DNA of 64,000 nucleotides, taken from assembly GCA_951406725.2 (NCBI GenBank), contig OX597838.1:9238001-9302000 (forward strand), given 5' to 3'. How positions within the stretch are numbered: the first letter of the stretch is position 1; every line of letters begins with the position of its first letter. A program made the translations under genes and the position numbers. Of this stretch, positions 13,052-26,504 are shown piece by piece. The notes beneath the pieces are model-generated. The model was not told the DNA's origin. It made no database searches and worked only from the letters and a program-made list of their open reading frames with translations. This DNA comes from Octopus vulgaris (Eukaryota).

Positions 13052-13416
13052 ATCCATTTTCGGGGCCGGTCGATTCGGCAGGTAAGTTGTTACACACTCC
13101 TGAGCGGATTCCGACTTCCGTGGCCACCGTCCTGCTGTCTATATCGACCGACACCCTTTCGGGGATCTAATGGGCGAAGCGTAGGGCACCTTAGCCGGAC
13201 GTTCGGTTCATCCCACATCACCAGTTCTGCTTACCAAAAGTGGCCCACTTGGCACCGTGCATTCGTCGTCGCATAACGGCGGCCGCCTCCGATCGGGAGA
13301 GGAGCGGCCCGTTTCACCCGTTCCGAGTTCGAAAGTAGATCGAGGCCGTCAACGTCCCCGGGGCCTCTAGTCGTTCGCTTTACCGGACGGAATTGTGTGT
13401 TGTTCTCCCGCTGGCG

Positions 13417-13459
<43 letters not shown>

Positions 13460-13611
13460 CGGCTCGATTGGTCTTTCGCCCCTACACCCGGTTCCGACGA
13501 TCGATTTGCACGTCAGAGGCGCTTCGGACTTCCACCAGAGTTTCCTCTGGCTTCGTCCCGACCGGGCGTGGATCGCCATCTTTCGGGTCCTCGGCCGCAG
13601 ACGGACCGAGG
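13052..13611 (-). pseudogene. isolated 28S (LSU) rRNA gene fragment
   Basis: Plus strand carries antisense LSU hallmarks TCCTGAGGGAAACTTCGGAGGGAACCAGCTACTAGA, CCAGTTCTGCTTACCAAAAGTGGCCCACT and CCACCAGAGTTTCCTCTGGCTTC; no other rDNA nearby. Confidence 0.93.
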
Positions 13612-14208
13612 TGGAGTGAATAGTTTTGGCTAGAGTAACTGAAAGGTAGGCAGGACAGTATGAGGTACATCAAGCTGTTGCAAACGGGAGCTCTTGCCCT
13701 GTATTAGACAAGAAATGGGAGAATTTTATTTCCCAACAAGATAACTGCAGCATTTACGAGTCAAAAAACAGTCAAGAAATGGATGCATGACATGAAAATA
13801 AGTCTAAAGGAATGGCCGGCGAGAAATCCGGACTTGCACATGATTGAAAATGTATGAGAAATGATACAGCTTTGTGTATGACGGGCCAGAAGTGACGAGT
13901 GAAATAGAATTAGAGAAAATATTTTCAGGAGCCAAAAGAAGACTGGTAGAAACGAAAAGATATGTTATAATGAACATGTTTGTCTGGTACAAGGAACAAA
14001 TAGAGCAACTGATTGAAAAAAAAACCCCCCAAAAAGGTGACTGTGTGGACCACTGAAGCTCTGAGTGGTACTGTCCAAAAAGTATTGTCTTATGATTTTA
14101 ATAAAATTTTCCTAAAATACAACTTCCAAATTTTTACATACGCGCTCTCGGAATGCGTTCACGACGGGAATATTATACAAATGTCCGTATTGTTTTACTC
14201 TAAAAGTG
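13612..14208 (+). pseudogene. Tc1-family (DD34E-type) transposase remnant
   Basis: QQDNC at ~13734; WMHDMKISLKEWPARNPDLHMIENV* at ~13780-13856; stops and frameshifts; TIR-like end near 14208. Confidence 0.75.
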
Positions 14209-14356
14209 CGTTCGTCACTAAGTGTTCACTAAGTCCGAAAAACTATCGACCTCCCCGCTTCCTTGTAAGACGAATGTTCCAGCCTATGCCACGAAGAAAC
14301 TCTACAACAGTCTTCTGGTTCTCCCACCGTGCAACACACGTTATAAAGGCGTACCA

Positions 14357-14749
14357 GGAGGCGCAATGGCCCAGTAGTTAGGGTAGCGGACTCGCGGTCA
14401 TAGGATCGCGGTTTCGATTCCCAGACCGGGCGTTGTGAGTGTTTATTGAGCGAAAACACCTAAAGCTCCACGAGGCTCCGGCAGGGGATGGTGGTGATCC
14501 CTGCTGTACTCTTTCACCACAACTTTCTCTCACTCTTACTTCCTGTTTCTGTTGTACCTGTATTTCAAAGGGGCCGGCCTTGTCACTCTCTGTGTCACGC
14601 TGAATATCCCCGAGAACTACGTTAAGGGTACACGTGTCTGTGGAGTGCTCAGTCACTTACACGTTAATTTCACGAGCAGGCTGTTCCGTTGATTCGGATC
14701 AACCGGAACCCTCATCGTCGTAACCGACGGAGTGCTTCCATCCATCCAT
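14357..14749 (+). mobile_element. SINE family B, full length
   Basis: A-box tggcccagtagtta, B-box gtttcgattcc, (TCCA)n tail, TSD AAGGCGTAC. Confidence 0.93.
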
Positions 14750-15420
14750 GAAGGCGTACATAGCATGATCTGGTTCAATGATTTTTTTCTGCCTGTAATA
14801 TTTTTTTGAGTTTTTTTAAAAATAATTTTGAGACGTTTTCCTTGAGGCATTTTGTTTTTTTCTGTGACATTTTGTTTTCCCTGGATTCCGCAATTAGAAC
14901 TAGTTTGTTAGTGAAAAAACGGCAAACACTGCCTGCCCGCCGTCAAAACCTTCAACTAACCGGCTGTCTTCGATTACACCAGATCGCATTGAAAGTGGAC
15001 AAACAGAAGCCGACAATACTTTTGACCTTATTATGACAGATTTACAAGTAGCTGTCAAAAAAGCTGTCAGATGATGAAAAAAAAAAAACACAATACACCA
15101 ATAGAGATCGTACTGGCATATTTAATATAGGCGGCATTAAAAAAAAAAAATAAAGAGCTAACTACAGATAAATGACAATGGCGTTTTGAATTATTTACAA
15201 TCTAACAAAAGCAACAACTAAAAAAATTATTTTTCTTTAGCCAATAATTGTACAACAGCGAATATTTACTTAATGGTTCATTCATCACTATTTATGCTGT
15301 TAAGAGAATGCTATGCAACGGCATGGTTCCCCCTGCTCACCCACCCACCCCACTACCGTACTTCTCAGCGGCAAAACTAAAATACATACATGTGTGTGCA
15401 TGGGTATGCATATGTATATA

Positions 15421-15455
<35 letters not shown>

Positions 15456-15532
15456 TTACGTGTGTGTGTATGAATATATATGTGCGCGTATATATATGTA
15501 CATATGCGTTTATAGAAATATAAACATATATG

Positions 15533-15587
<55 letters not shown>

Positions 15588-15688
15588 TTAAAGTACTCGA
15601 CTCTATTAGAGCCTACAAATAATTATACAAGTAGATGTATATAAATGTATATATACTCACACATATGCATATATATAGTATGTATATC

Positions 15689-15779
<91 letters not shown>

Positions 15780-15789
15780 ATATATCTAT

Positions 15790-15845
<56 letters not shown>

Positions 15846-15862
15846 ATATATATATATATATG

Positions 15863-15913
<51 letters not shown>

Positions 15914-15916
15914 CTA

Positions 15917-15995
<79 letters not shown>

Positions 15996-16607
15996 CGTAC
16001 ATACACTTATATACGCCCCGCGCGTGCACATGCGTATACATACTTTTAAACACATAGACACAGACACTCACATTGTATTACTGAAGATAAATGAATTTTT
16101 TTCCGTCCTTTTCCTTCCGCACATTTTTTTCCCTCAGCATTTCTGGGGCTCCATGCATTAAATATGTTCACAATAACTTAAAACCATTTTTTGTTGTTTC
16201 TTTTTGTTTTATTTTGTTTTTTTTTTTTTTGTTACTTTTTTGTTTTGTTTATTTGTTTATGTTTTTTGTTTTCGTACTGATAGCATCTCTGAAATATTTA
16301 TTCTTCTCCCAAACGTTCGGGTCATGATACATCATTTTAAATTAATCGACTGACCAACTTTCTTTTAAAGGAACGTTAACTCGAGAGAAAAAAAAAAACA
16401 AAGCAAAAAAACGTTTCTCTCTGGTTACAGAGACTGTTTGTAAAATCCCGAGTAATTTAATCCAAAATAAAGTCACCAATTAAAATACAAACAATCGGTG
16501 GCAAATGTTTGGTTCCATGACAAATTTTGAATGGCTGCTACTGTGAAGAAGCATTATATATTATGTCGTTAAGGGAGAGCGATATTCCAGATAACAAATG
16601 AAAGTTA

Positions 16608-16733
16608 AGCAAATCGACCCCAGGACTTATTCTTTGTAAGCCTAGTACTTATTCTATCGGTCACTTTTGCCGAACTGCTAAGTTACGGGGACGTAAACAC
16701 ACCAGCATCGGTTGTCAAGCGATGTTGAGGGGA

Positions 16734-16827
<94 letters not shown>

Positions 16828-16947
16828 CGACGGGCTTCTTTAAGTTTCCGTGTACCAAATCCACTCACAAGGCTTTCGTCGGCCCGAGTCTATAGTAAAA
16901 GACATTTGCCCAAGGTGCCACGCAGTGGGACTGAACCCGGAGCCATG

Positions 16948-16948
<1 letters not shown>
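16608..16948 (-). mobile_element. SINE family A with expanded internal (CA)n
   Basis: Matches the family A body on the minus strand. Confidence 0.88.
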
Positions 16949-16981
<33 letters not shown>

Positions 16982-16984
16982 TAT

Positions 16985-17394
<410 letters not shown>

Positions 17395-17539
17395 TACATA
17401 CATAGGGAATGTGTTCTGTTTATAATCCAATTTGCTGCGGAATGGCGTCTAAGATAACTTCCTGAACAACGCCGAGCGTTAAAGAACACCTGTATGTCAT
17501 AGACCAGGTGAGATCACTCGCCCCGTTTCGTATTCAAGA

Positions 17540-17586
17540 GTGGTAGATACCGATGTTTCGCCATTACTGTGACTTATCAATACCAC
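17540..17586 (-). ncRNA. type I hammerhead with U3-A8 core variant
   Basis: GTGGTA-TTGATAA-GTCAcagtaaTGGC-GAA-ACATCGGTAT-C-TACCAC. Confidence 0.6.
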
Positions 17587-17606
17587 GCACCTGAATCGAA
17601 CGGAAC

Positions 17607-17729
<123 letters not shown>

Positions 17730-17826
17730 GGTACAAGCAATTTACTGCAATTTTTGTAGCTTTATTAAAGGTGTCTTCGTACGAAACAATTGTACCGAAA
17801 TATTGATTCATTCTTGTTGCTTTTTT

Positions 17827-17928
<102 letters not shown>

Positions 17929-18640
17929 AATATATTCACTTCAGTGACCTTTTATGGTGGGGGTGGGGGGACAAAACAGGACAGACCCTAAAAATAATTG
18001 ATCGATTTCAACTTGTCAAATCCCCTTGTCTGTTACGTAAACCCCACCTAACTTGCGATAACTTATGTAATATAGAACCATAGGACCGAAAGCGTTGTTT
18101 CTCTTTTTGGTATCTCTCGCTCCAGCCATTCTCATTACATAGCACCATGCTAGACGAAATCAATTAATATTCTTCGTTCTATTTATAGACTGCATTTGAC
18201 AGCCAAATGAATAAACGACAAAGAAACTACAACAAACTATTACTGTATGTCATTATCTTAAGAAATCGCCGAATAGATTTCATATCAGATGCAATACAAA
18301 TTGATTTCTTCCTTCTTAGACACTTTATAGAGAATCTTTATCACTCGATGATTTTGACGCCAAATTCTCGAACAAAAGTTTGTTGGTGTTGGATAATTTG
18401 ATGATGGTGGTGGAGGAGGTGCCGAGGTGCGTTTGGCACCTTTCCAGTAATTCTTCCAAAAAATGTATTGACTTCACATTTTCTTATCATATTTTATTGT
18501 CTCTTCGTTCATTGTTGGTGTTGTTGTTGTTGTTGTTGTTGTAAGGCAGTGAGCTGGCAGAATCGTTAGCATCCCGGACAAAATGGATGTGTATGTATGT
18601 ATGTATGTATGTATGTATGTATGTATGTATGTATGTATGT

Positions 18641-19205
18641 CTCTTCAATTTTTTTATTATTATTATTATAAATCTTCCACTGAAGAGGGAGCGGGTTTCC
18701 AACAGAGATACAAGGCTCCATCTTTGGGATGTAGTTAACACTGAGAAATTCACATTTGAAACATATTTTTACTGTTCCACTCACAGATTGCACTTGTAAT
18801 GTACGAATCAGCCGGTCGATTTCTCTTTCTGAAAATCCCAGTTTATCCAGATTCTCCTTTAAGCATTTACTAACAAAACCTAGTGCTCCAGTTATTATTT
18901 GAATATGAATTCATAGTCTGGATATAGAAGCTGGAGGTTTCGAAGCAGTTGTCCATAGATATCCACTTTTCCTTTGATTTTCAAAGAGATATTTATATCT
19001 GCAGGGCAGCTGACCTCTATGATGGTACATACATTTGCCCCTCTGTCTCAAACAACAATATCTGGCCTGTTATGCTTATACACGAGAGAAGTTTTGATGG
19101 GAATATTCCACCAGTATTCATTGAGTTGGTGTCTATGAATGTATTCCATAAAAGAAGGATTTTCTAAGTTTATTTCAGGACAGTCTTTTTTGCAGATGGC
19201 ATTGT
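18641..19205 (-). mobile_element. R4/Dong-like non-LTR retrotransposon 3' fragment (restriction-like endonuclease) within (TATG)n
   Basis: Minus strand YWWNIPIKT..KHNRPDIVV*DR..CTIIEVSCPADINISLK..YGQLLRNLQLLYPDY..ITGALGFV; (TATG)n on both sides. Confidence 0.75.
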
Positions 19206-19464
19206 ATGCATGTATGTATGTATGTATGTATGTATGTATGTATGTATGTATGTATGTATGTATGTATGTATGTATGTATGTATGTATGTATGTATGTATA
19301 TGTGTGTGTGTATGTATGTATGTATATGTGTGTGTATATATGTATTGGCCTTTTTATATAAAATTGAAAGCGATGATGTTTTAGAGAGAGAGAAAGAGAG
19401 AGAGAGACCGAGTGACAGAGGGAGAGAGAGAAAGAGAGCGCGCGCGCGAGAGAGAGAGAGAGAG

Positions 19465-19552
<88 letters not shown>

Positions 19553-19578
19553 GAATTATTGGGAATAATTCCCTTTTC

Positions 19579-19722
19579 AAACGCGCAAGAATAAACAGAC
19601 AGCAAATCCGGCAAGAGGAGCTGCGGAAAATTCCACTGAGCAAACATTTGGAAATACGTAGAGAAGGAAAATTCAAGATCTTCCCCTTCTATAAATGCTC
19701 GAGGAACGACACAAACTTCATG
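19579..19722 (+). pseudogene. Penelope-like GIY-YIG endonuclease C-terminal fragment between microsatellites
   Basis: [40 protein letters not shown] resembles the QQI..R..P.S.H....G.F.IFPFYK pattern of PLE endonucleases (recalled, not searched). Confidence 0.55.
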
Positions 19723-19830
<108 letters not shown>

Positions 19831-19855
19831 ACATACATATATACAAATATATATA

Positions 19856-20024
<169 letters not shown>

Positions 20025-20094
20025 ATATATATATGCATACATACATACATATATATATATATAATATGCATACAATCATACATGCATATAGCTA

Positions 20095-20320
20095 TGTCTG
20101 TGTTTTTGCTTATGTGATTGCTCCCAACCAACGCAGGATAACTGGTGATGGTTTGTTTACGTCCCCCGTAACCTAGCTGTTCGGAAAAGGTAATTGACAG
20201 AATAAGTACGAGATTCAAAGAAGAAAAAAAAAAATGGAGTCGATTTGTTCGACTAACCCCACTTGAGGCGGTGCCCCAGCTGGGCCGCTGTTCAGTGAGT
20301 GAAACAGGTGAAAGATAAAA
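20095..20320 (+). mobile_element. SINE family A, old 3' half
   Basis: tgtttacgtcccccgtaacctagc..agaataagtac..ggcggtgccccagc..gtgaaacagg. Confidence 0.75.
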
Positions 20321-20371
20321 GAAACAAATCGGTTACTAAATTTCATTGAAACCGAATGTTATATATAAATA

Positions 20372-20770
20372 CTAGCAGTATCGCCCGGCGTTGCTCGGGT
20401 TTGTAAGGGAAATAACTATATAAGCATTTTTAGAGAGTTATAGCCAAAAAATAGCAAAAAATGCATTAAAATTGGAAAAAAAATGATGGTAAATTTTTTT
20501 TAAATCGTTGACTCATCGTAGACATTTTTAGAGAGTTACTTCCCTTATATAATAGCGACAAAATGCATTAAAATGGAAAAAAATGATGGTTAATTATTTT
20601 TAAAATCGTAGACTCATCGTAGACGCGCGCTAATACCCAGAAGGGCTCGATATGAATCACGACTATAAGATACCCGGTTTTGGTTACACTGCACCGCAAA
20701 ATGTGGGAGTAGTTAGGAATCTAAATCGTAGGAGACAGACAGCACACAACTTCTCTTTTATATATAAAGA
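20372..20770 (-). mobile_element. non-autonomous Helitron
   Basis: Minus strand A|TC start, subterminal hairpin CCCGagcaacgcCGGG, CTAG|T end; internal ~105-bp tandem duplication; second copy at 43715. Confidence 0.85.
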
Positions 20771-21039
20771 TGTAAACAAATAAATGAATAAATAAATAAA
20801 TAGTGGTGGCGGGTGTCTGGGAGGGGAAGTAATAAGAAGTAAGAGCGTGATAAAATGGCGGTGGTGAATGGAGTTCAAAGCGTTCGTCGGGACTTCACGA
20901 AACGTTGGAAGAGTGTTGCGTCACTACATGCAAGGGAAATAACTCTGTGTGGCATAACTGAAATGGAAGTGAAACTGATTTAGCTGAAGCTAACATCTTC
21001 AATTTGCTTACAGCCATCATCTCTCGGAAGCTGGCGATG

Positions 21040-21095
21040 CACACACACACACAAAGGCGCGTACACACACAGAAGCGCATACACACACAGAAGCG

Positions 21096-21194
<99 letters not shown>

Positions 21195-21203
21195 GTGCGT
21201 ACA

Positions 21204-21240
<37 letters not shown>

Positions 21241-21363
21241 TACACACACACACACACACACACACTATACACACACACCACACACACACACACAAACACA
21301 CGCACACACAAACACACACACACACAGAGGTGCGTACACAAACACACACACACACACACACAC

Positions 21364-21442
<79 letters not shown>

Positions 21443-21451
21443 GTGCGTACA

Positions 21452-21524
<73 letters not shown>

Positions 21525-22247
21525 GCACACACAAACACACACACACACACACACTCAGGCCCGTACACACACATACAGAAGCGCGTACACACACACATAC
21601 GGCGCGTAGACTCGCATACACACACACAGGCGCATACACACACAAGCACGCAAACACAAACATATATACTCATATATAGATATATAAATATATACATACA
21701 TACATACAACAAACAAAATAAACATAGACACGCGCCATGTCACACACGTGTGTGTGTGTGTGTGTGTATGTATGTTTGCGTGCACATACATGCATACATA
21801 AATACATACACATGCATACGTACACATATGCATACACATACACAAAAACATACATACACACATACATACATACATACACATACATACACACACATACATA
21901 CATACATACACACACATACACATACATACATACATACATACATACATACATACACACACACATACATACATACATACATACATACATACATACATACATA
22001 CATAGATACATTCATGCATGCATATATACAAACATTCATACATGCATACATACATACATACATACATACATACATACATACATACATACATACATACATA
22101 CATACACATACATACATACATACATACATGCATACATACATACATACACATACATACATACATACATACATATATACATACATACATACATACACGCATA
22201 CATACATACATGCATACATACATACATACATACATGCATACATGCAT

Positions 22248-22278
<31 letters not shown>
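21040..22278. repeat. (CA)n with recurrent cagaagtgcgtacacaaac spacers, followed by (CATA)n
   Basis: Direct inspection. Confidence 0.93.
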
Positions 22279-22719
22279 AGACCTTGACTGATGTAGGGTG
22301 GGGGTTAAAAACTTAAATTACATTTTTTTGTAGTTGTTATTATCCCAGCAATGAACCCCGGCATCATCATTCCATAAAATGTATTTATGGCGAGAAAAAT
22401 ATTGAAAAACACCAATAGAAGTCTGGGTGACGACAAAGAAACGAGGAGGGTACTATGTGGTTGTGAGATATGCTAGAAACAACGGCTAAACCTTTCTTAA
22501 ATCACATACCTTTGCGTCTGAAAATTATTTTGAAATTCTGAAGAGAAACAAATTGCAAATTCGGATTGTCCGCATTTTAAAACTATAATTAAATTTTTTT
22601 CGAAAGCAGCAAAGATTTTAGGATTTATGGAGGGGCGGAGATTAATGAAAAAAATCAAAAATGGATTTTACTATTGTTTTTAATTAACGTTTCATTCCCT
22701 GCTTGAAAATAAAGGAAGT

Positions 22720-23103
22720 GGTGGAAGCACTCCGTCGGTTACGACGATGAGGGTTCCGGTTGATCCGAATCAACGGAACAGCCTGCTCGTGAAATTAACG
22801 TGTAAGTGGCTGAGTACTCCACAGACACGTGCACCCTTAACGTAGTTCTCGGGGATATTCAGCGTGACACAGAGTGACAAGGCCGGCCCTTTGAAATACA
22901 GGTACAACAGAAACAGGAAGTAAGAGTGAGAGAAAGTTGTGGTGAAAGAGTACAGCAGGGATCGCCACCATCCCCTGCCGGAGCCTCGTGGAGCTTTTAG
23001 GTGTTTTCGCTCAATAAACACTCACAACGCCCTGTCTGGGAATCGAAACCGCGATCCTATGACCACGAGTCCGCTGGCCTAACCACTGGGCCATTGCGCC
23101 TCC
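22720..23103 (-). mobile_element. SINE family B, full length
   Basis: TSD TAAAGGAAGT at 22710-22719 and 23105-23114. Confidence 0.93.
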
Positions 23104-23395
23104 TTAAAGGAAGTAGGAAATGTAAGGGTGATCGAAGATTTTTCTTTGCCCTTTTCACACACACATATAATAGAAACAATAGATTTGGAAGATAGAATAT
23201 ACTGGAAACTTTATCACATCGATCGTTTCAACACATTTTGCATCGCTCCTTTGCGGGTGGGAAACTATACAATGAATTATGGTGCATCTCACTGTGGGGA
23301 GACATCTCATCAGGAGACAGAAATACGGTTTTTTGTTACATAATTATATTCTATTTCCCCTATCCACTGTTTCTATTATACTTAAAATACACCGA

Positions 23396-23778
23396 GGAGG
23401 CGCAATGGCCCAGTGGTTAGGACAGCGGACTCGCGGTCGGAGGATCGCGGTTTCGATTCCCAGACCGGGCATTGTGAGTGTTTATTGAGCGAAAACACCT
23501 AAAGCTCCACGAGGCTCCGGCAGGGGATGGTGGTGATCCCTGCTGTACTCTTTCACCACAACTTTCTCACTCTTTCTTCCTGTTTCTCTTGTACCTGTAT
23601 TTCAAAGAGCCAGCCTTGTCACACTGTGTCACGCTGAATCTCCTCGAGAACTACGTTAAGGATACACGTGTCTGTGGAGTACTCAGCCACTTGCACGTTA
23701 ATATCACGAGCAAGCTGTTCCGTTGATCGTATCAGCTGGGACCCTCATCGTCGAAACCGACGGAGTGTTCCTATCCTA
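23396..23778 (+). mobile_element. SINE family B, full length
   Basis: TSD TAAAATACACCGA at 23383-23395 and 23779-23791. Confidence 0.93.
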
Positions 23779-23904
23779 TAAAATACACCGAATAATTCTT
23801 AATGTAGATTCAGCGACGATTGTGCAATTACCGCGGATGACGCCAAGCAACCTTTGGCAGTGAACGTACTTTATCGACATAGTATTAGGGACATAACCAG
23901 CAAG

Positions 23905-25121
23905 TAAATTTTAGATTTTAATTGTTTTCAGAGATGAGGCCACATTTCATGCGAATGGCAAAGTCAATAAGCATAATGTTCGCATTTGGGGCGAAGAAAA
24001 TCCCCATGCCAGGAGTGGCTGTGTGGTAAGTAGCTTGTTAACCAGCCACATGGTTCCGGGTTCAGTCCCACTGCGTGGCACATTGGGCAAGTGTCTTCTG
24101 CTATAGCCCTGGGCCGACCAATGCCTTGTGAGTGGATTTGGTAGACGGAAACTGAAAGAAGCCTGTCGTATATATGTATATATATGTGTGTGTGTGTTTG
24201 TGTGTTTGTGTGTCTGTGTTTGTTCCCCTAGCATTGCTTGACAACCGATGCTGGTGTGTTTACGTCCCCGTCACTTAGTGTTTCGGCAAAAGAGACCGAT
24301 AGAATAAGTACTGGGCTTACAAAGAATAAGTCCCGGGGTCGAGTTGCTCGACTTAAAGGTGGTGCTCCAGCATGGCCGCAGTCAAATGACTGAAACAAGT
24401 AATAGAGAGAGAGAGTAATAGAGAGTATGCCTCAGTTGAGCATGAAAGGAACTCACCAAAAGTGAATGTGTTCTGCGCCATCTTTAAGAAGCATTATTCA
24501 TTGCCTGATCTTCTTTGAGTGAAATGTGACCGGTGATGTTTATCTGCAAATGCTTCAGAACTGGCTAATGGATGAGCTCACTGCGAATGATCATGAAGAC
24601 TTCATTTTTCAACAGGACGGGGCTCCACCTCACTTGAAGCTCACTGTGCGGGCTTATCTCAAAGACAATCAGCGAGGGAGACGGATCTGTCGTGCTGGTG
24701 ATGAAGACAATGTGCTGTTGAAATGGCCGCCACGTTCACCTGATCTGACACCTTGCGATTTTTTTTTGTCTGGGGCTATGTGATGGGCCTGGTCTATGTC
24801 CCCCCCCCCCGTCTTCCTGCAAGCCTAGAGGAACTCGAGTAGAGAATCACTAACGCACTGGAGACTGTTACCCACGACATGCTGCAGCGTGTTTGGGGGG
24901 AGCTGGACAACCGAATTGACGTGTGCCGTGGATCAGGCGGTGCGCATATTGAACATTTGTTGATTCGTTCATGGAATCTATATACCTTTGAATTTCTCAT
25001 TCAAATTTGGAGGAATAAATCTTATGTGTCTCAACATTAAGCCTGTTTAGTTTCATTTGCTTTGACTATGTAGGTTTCTGTGATATTTGCATCTCAAATA
25101 ATAGCAATTTTTTGAAACACC

Positions 25122-25124
<3 letters not shown>
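23905..25124 (+). pseudogene. Tc1/mariner-superfamily transposon remnant (DD41D/rosa-like), interrupted by a SINE
   Basis: [30 protein letters not shown]|SVEHERNSPKVNVFCAI..FQQDGAPPH..WPPRSPDLTPCDFF; right TIR tttttgaaacaccatg|TA. Confidence 0.88.
24011..24426 (+). mobile_element. SINE family A inserted in the transposase
   Basis: Full family A sequence; TSD ATGCC at 24006-24010 and 24427-24431. Confidence 0.93.
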
Positions 25125-25173
<49 letters not shown>

Positions 25174-25191
25174 CAATTATTCGGTAGCCAT

Positions 25192-25252
25192 GATAAAACT
25201 CCGAGTCTCGGATGTCGGGGTGGAAATCCACGCCGCCATCTCTTCAGTTATC
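25192..25252 (-). ncRNA. type I hammerhead, left arm (GAAA changed to GAGA)
   Basis: GATAA-CTGAAGA-GATG..CATCc-GAGAC-TCgGAG-T-T-TTATC. Confidence 0.65.
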
Positions 25253-25276
25253 TGGCCATTTTTTCCCCGATGGCCG

Positions 25277-25336
25277 GATAACTGAATAGGTGGCGGCGTG
25301 GATTTCCACCCGACATCCGAAACTCGGAGTTTTATC
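25277..25336 (+). ncRNA. type I hammerhead, right arm (CTGAAGA changed to CTGAATA)
   Basis: GATAA-CTGAATA-GGTG..CATCc-GAAAC-TCgGAG-T-T-TTATC. Confidence 0.65.
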
Positions 25337-25438
25337 ATGGCTACCGAATAATTGTCTCAAATTACATTTACAGATAAATTCCTCTATTTACATAATATCG
25401 AGGTCTCTTTCATTCTTTTGTTGTCTTACCATTTCTAT

Positions 25439-25514
<76 letters not shown>

Positions 25515-26129
25515 ACACACACATTCATACATATTCTACACTCTACATATTAAATACTTTTCTATTTGACACTAAAATCTATACTGTCTCACAACCTATA
25601 TTCACACACTTACGCATACACACACATACGCACAAGCACGCACACAATGCCTACGCATAAATCCTTCACCATACATATTTACAATGTTCCTGATAATTCA
25701 ATATCTTACTAATAACTATATCTATGACAACCACTTGTATATAATCAGAGGAAAACTAAGAAAATTAAGAATTATGATCTCTCTAATCTCTCGTCTGATC
25801 TGCAATAAATCGTATGTTTAAATATTCCTAAGGATTAATTATTATTACTCTATGATTAATCCTAAATCTTTAAACGGTATTTAATTATACAAATTATTTT
25901 TGTCAGATGCAATTAGCTGACGTCAAAGTTTGGCAGAGACAGGTAATGATGTGTTAGGGCTACTGGTTGCATGCTGTCGTTTTGAATTCACATCTCGCCA
26001 AGGTAGGCATGGATTCTGTATTTAGTGTCTTCGGTTCCAAAACATGGAAATACCAAGGGTCGATAGAAGCAGATGGTTCCAATTCCTACAAAAAGGAAAG
26101 AATAAGTGTTAAGCATTGGCCAGATCCAA

Positions 26130-26444
26130 ACAACGTACGTAGACAAACGAATAGACAAACGAGTTAAATACATAAACAACGAGAGAAGAAAATGGTAAAA
26201 AAGGACAAGTAGACTTAGAGAACGACCCTTCATTAGTTGTCAGTTGTCTATCTACTCCTCATTTCGAGCATTGAACGACAATACGGGTCTTCAAAGACAG
26301 TTGCTCCCATGAATTTTAAAATAAAATTTAGGATTTTATGGAGAGTCAAAGTTGGGAACAAAAACAGGACAGTGGAGACATACAAGGAAACCGAACGAAA
26401 ACAAAAAAAAAAAAACGTGGAGGGTCGTCAGAGCAGAACGAGAG

Positions 26445-26447
<3 letters not shown>
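26130..26447 (-). mobile_element. interspersed repeat shared with 33790-34075 (probable Penelope-like pLTR region)
   Basis: acaaacgagttaaatac..gacccttcat..tatctactcctcatttcgagcatt..aacaaaaacaggacagtgga present in both; ends at (TA)n. Confidence 0.6.

Positions 26448-26504
<57 letters not shown>

Larger units (their letters stand above)
25172..25440. mobile_element. fold-back element (IR 25172-25356 plus one-sided tail) in (TA)n, one hammerhead per arm
   Basis: gacaattattcggtagccatgataaaactccgag / ctcggagttttatcatggctaccgaataattgtc. Confidence 0.85.

Noticed and set aside
14357-14430. tRNA-like sequences at SINE heads
   Set aside because: They continue into SINE bodies with TSDs and lack proper cloverleaf ends, so they are not tRNA genes.
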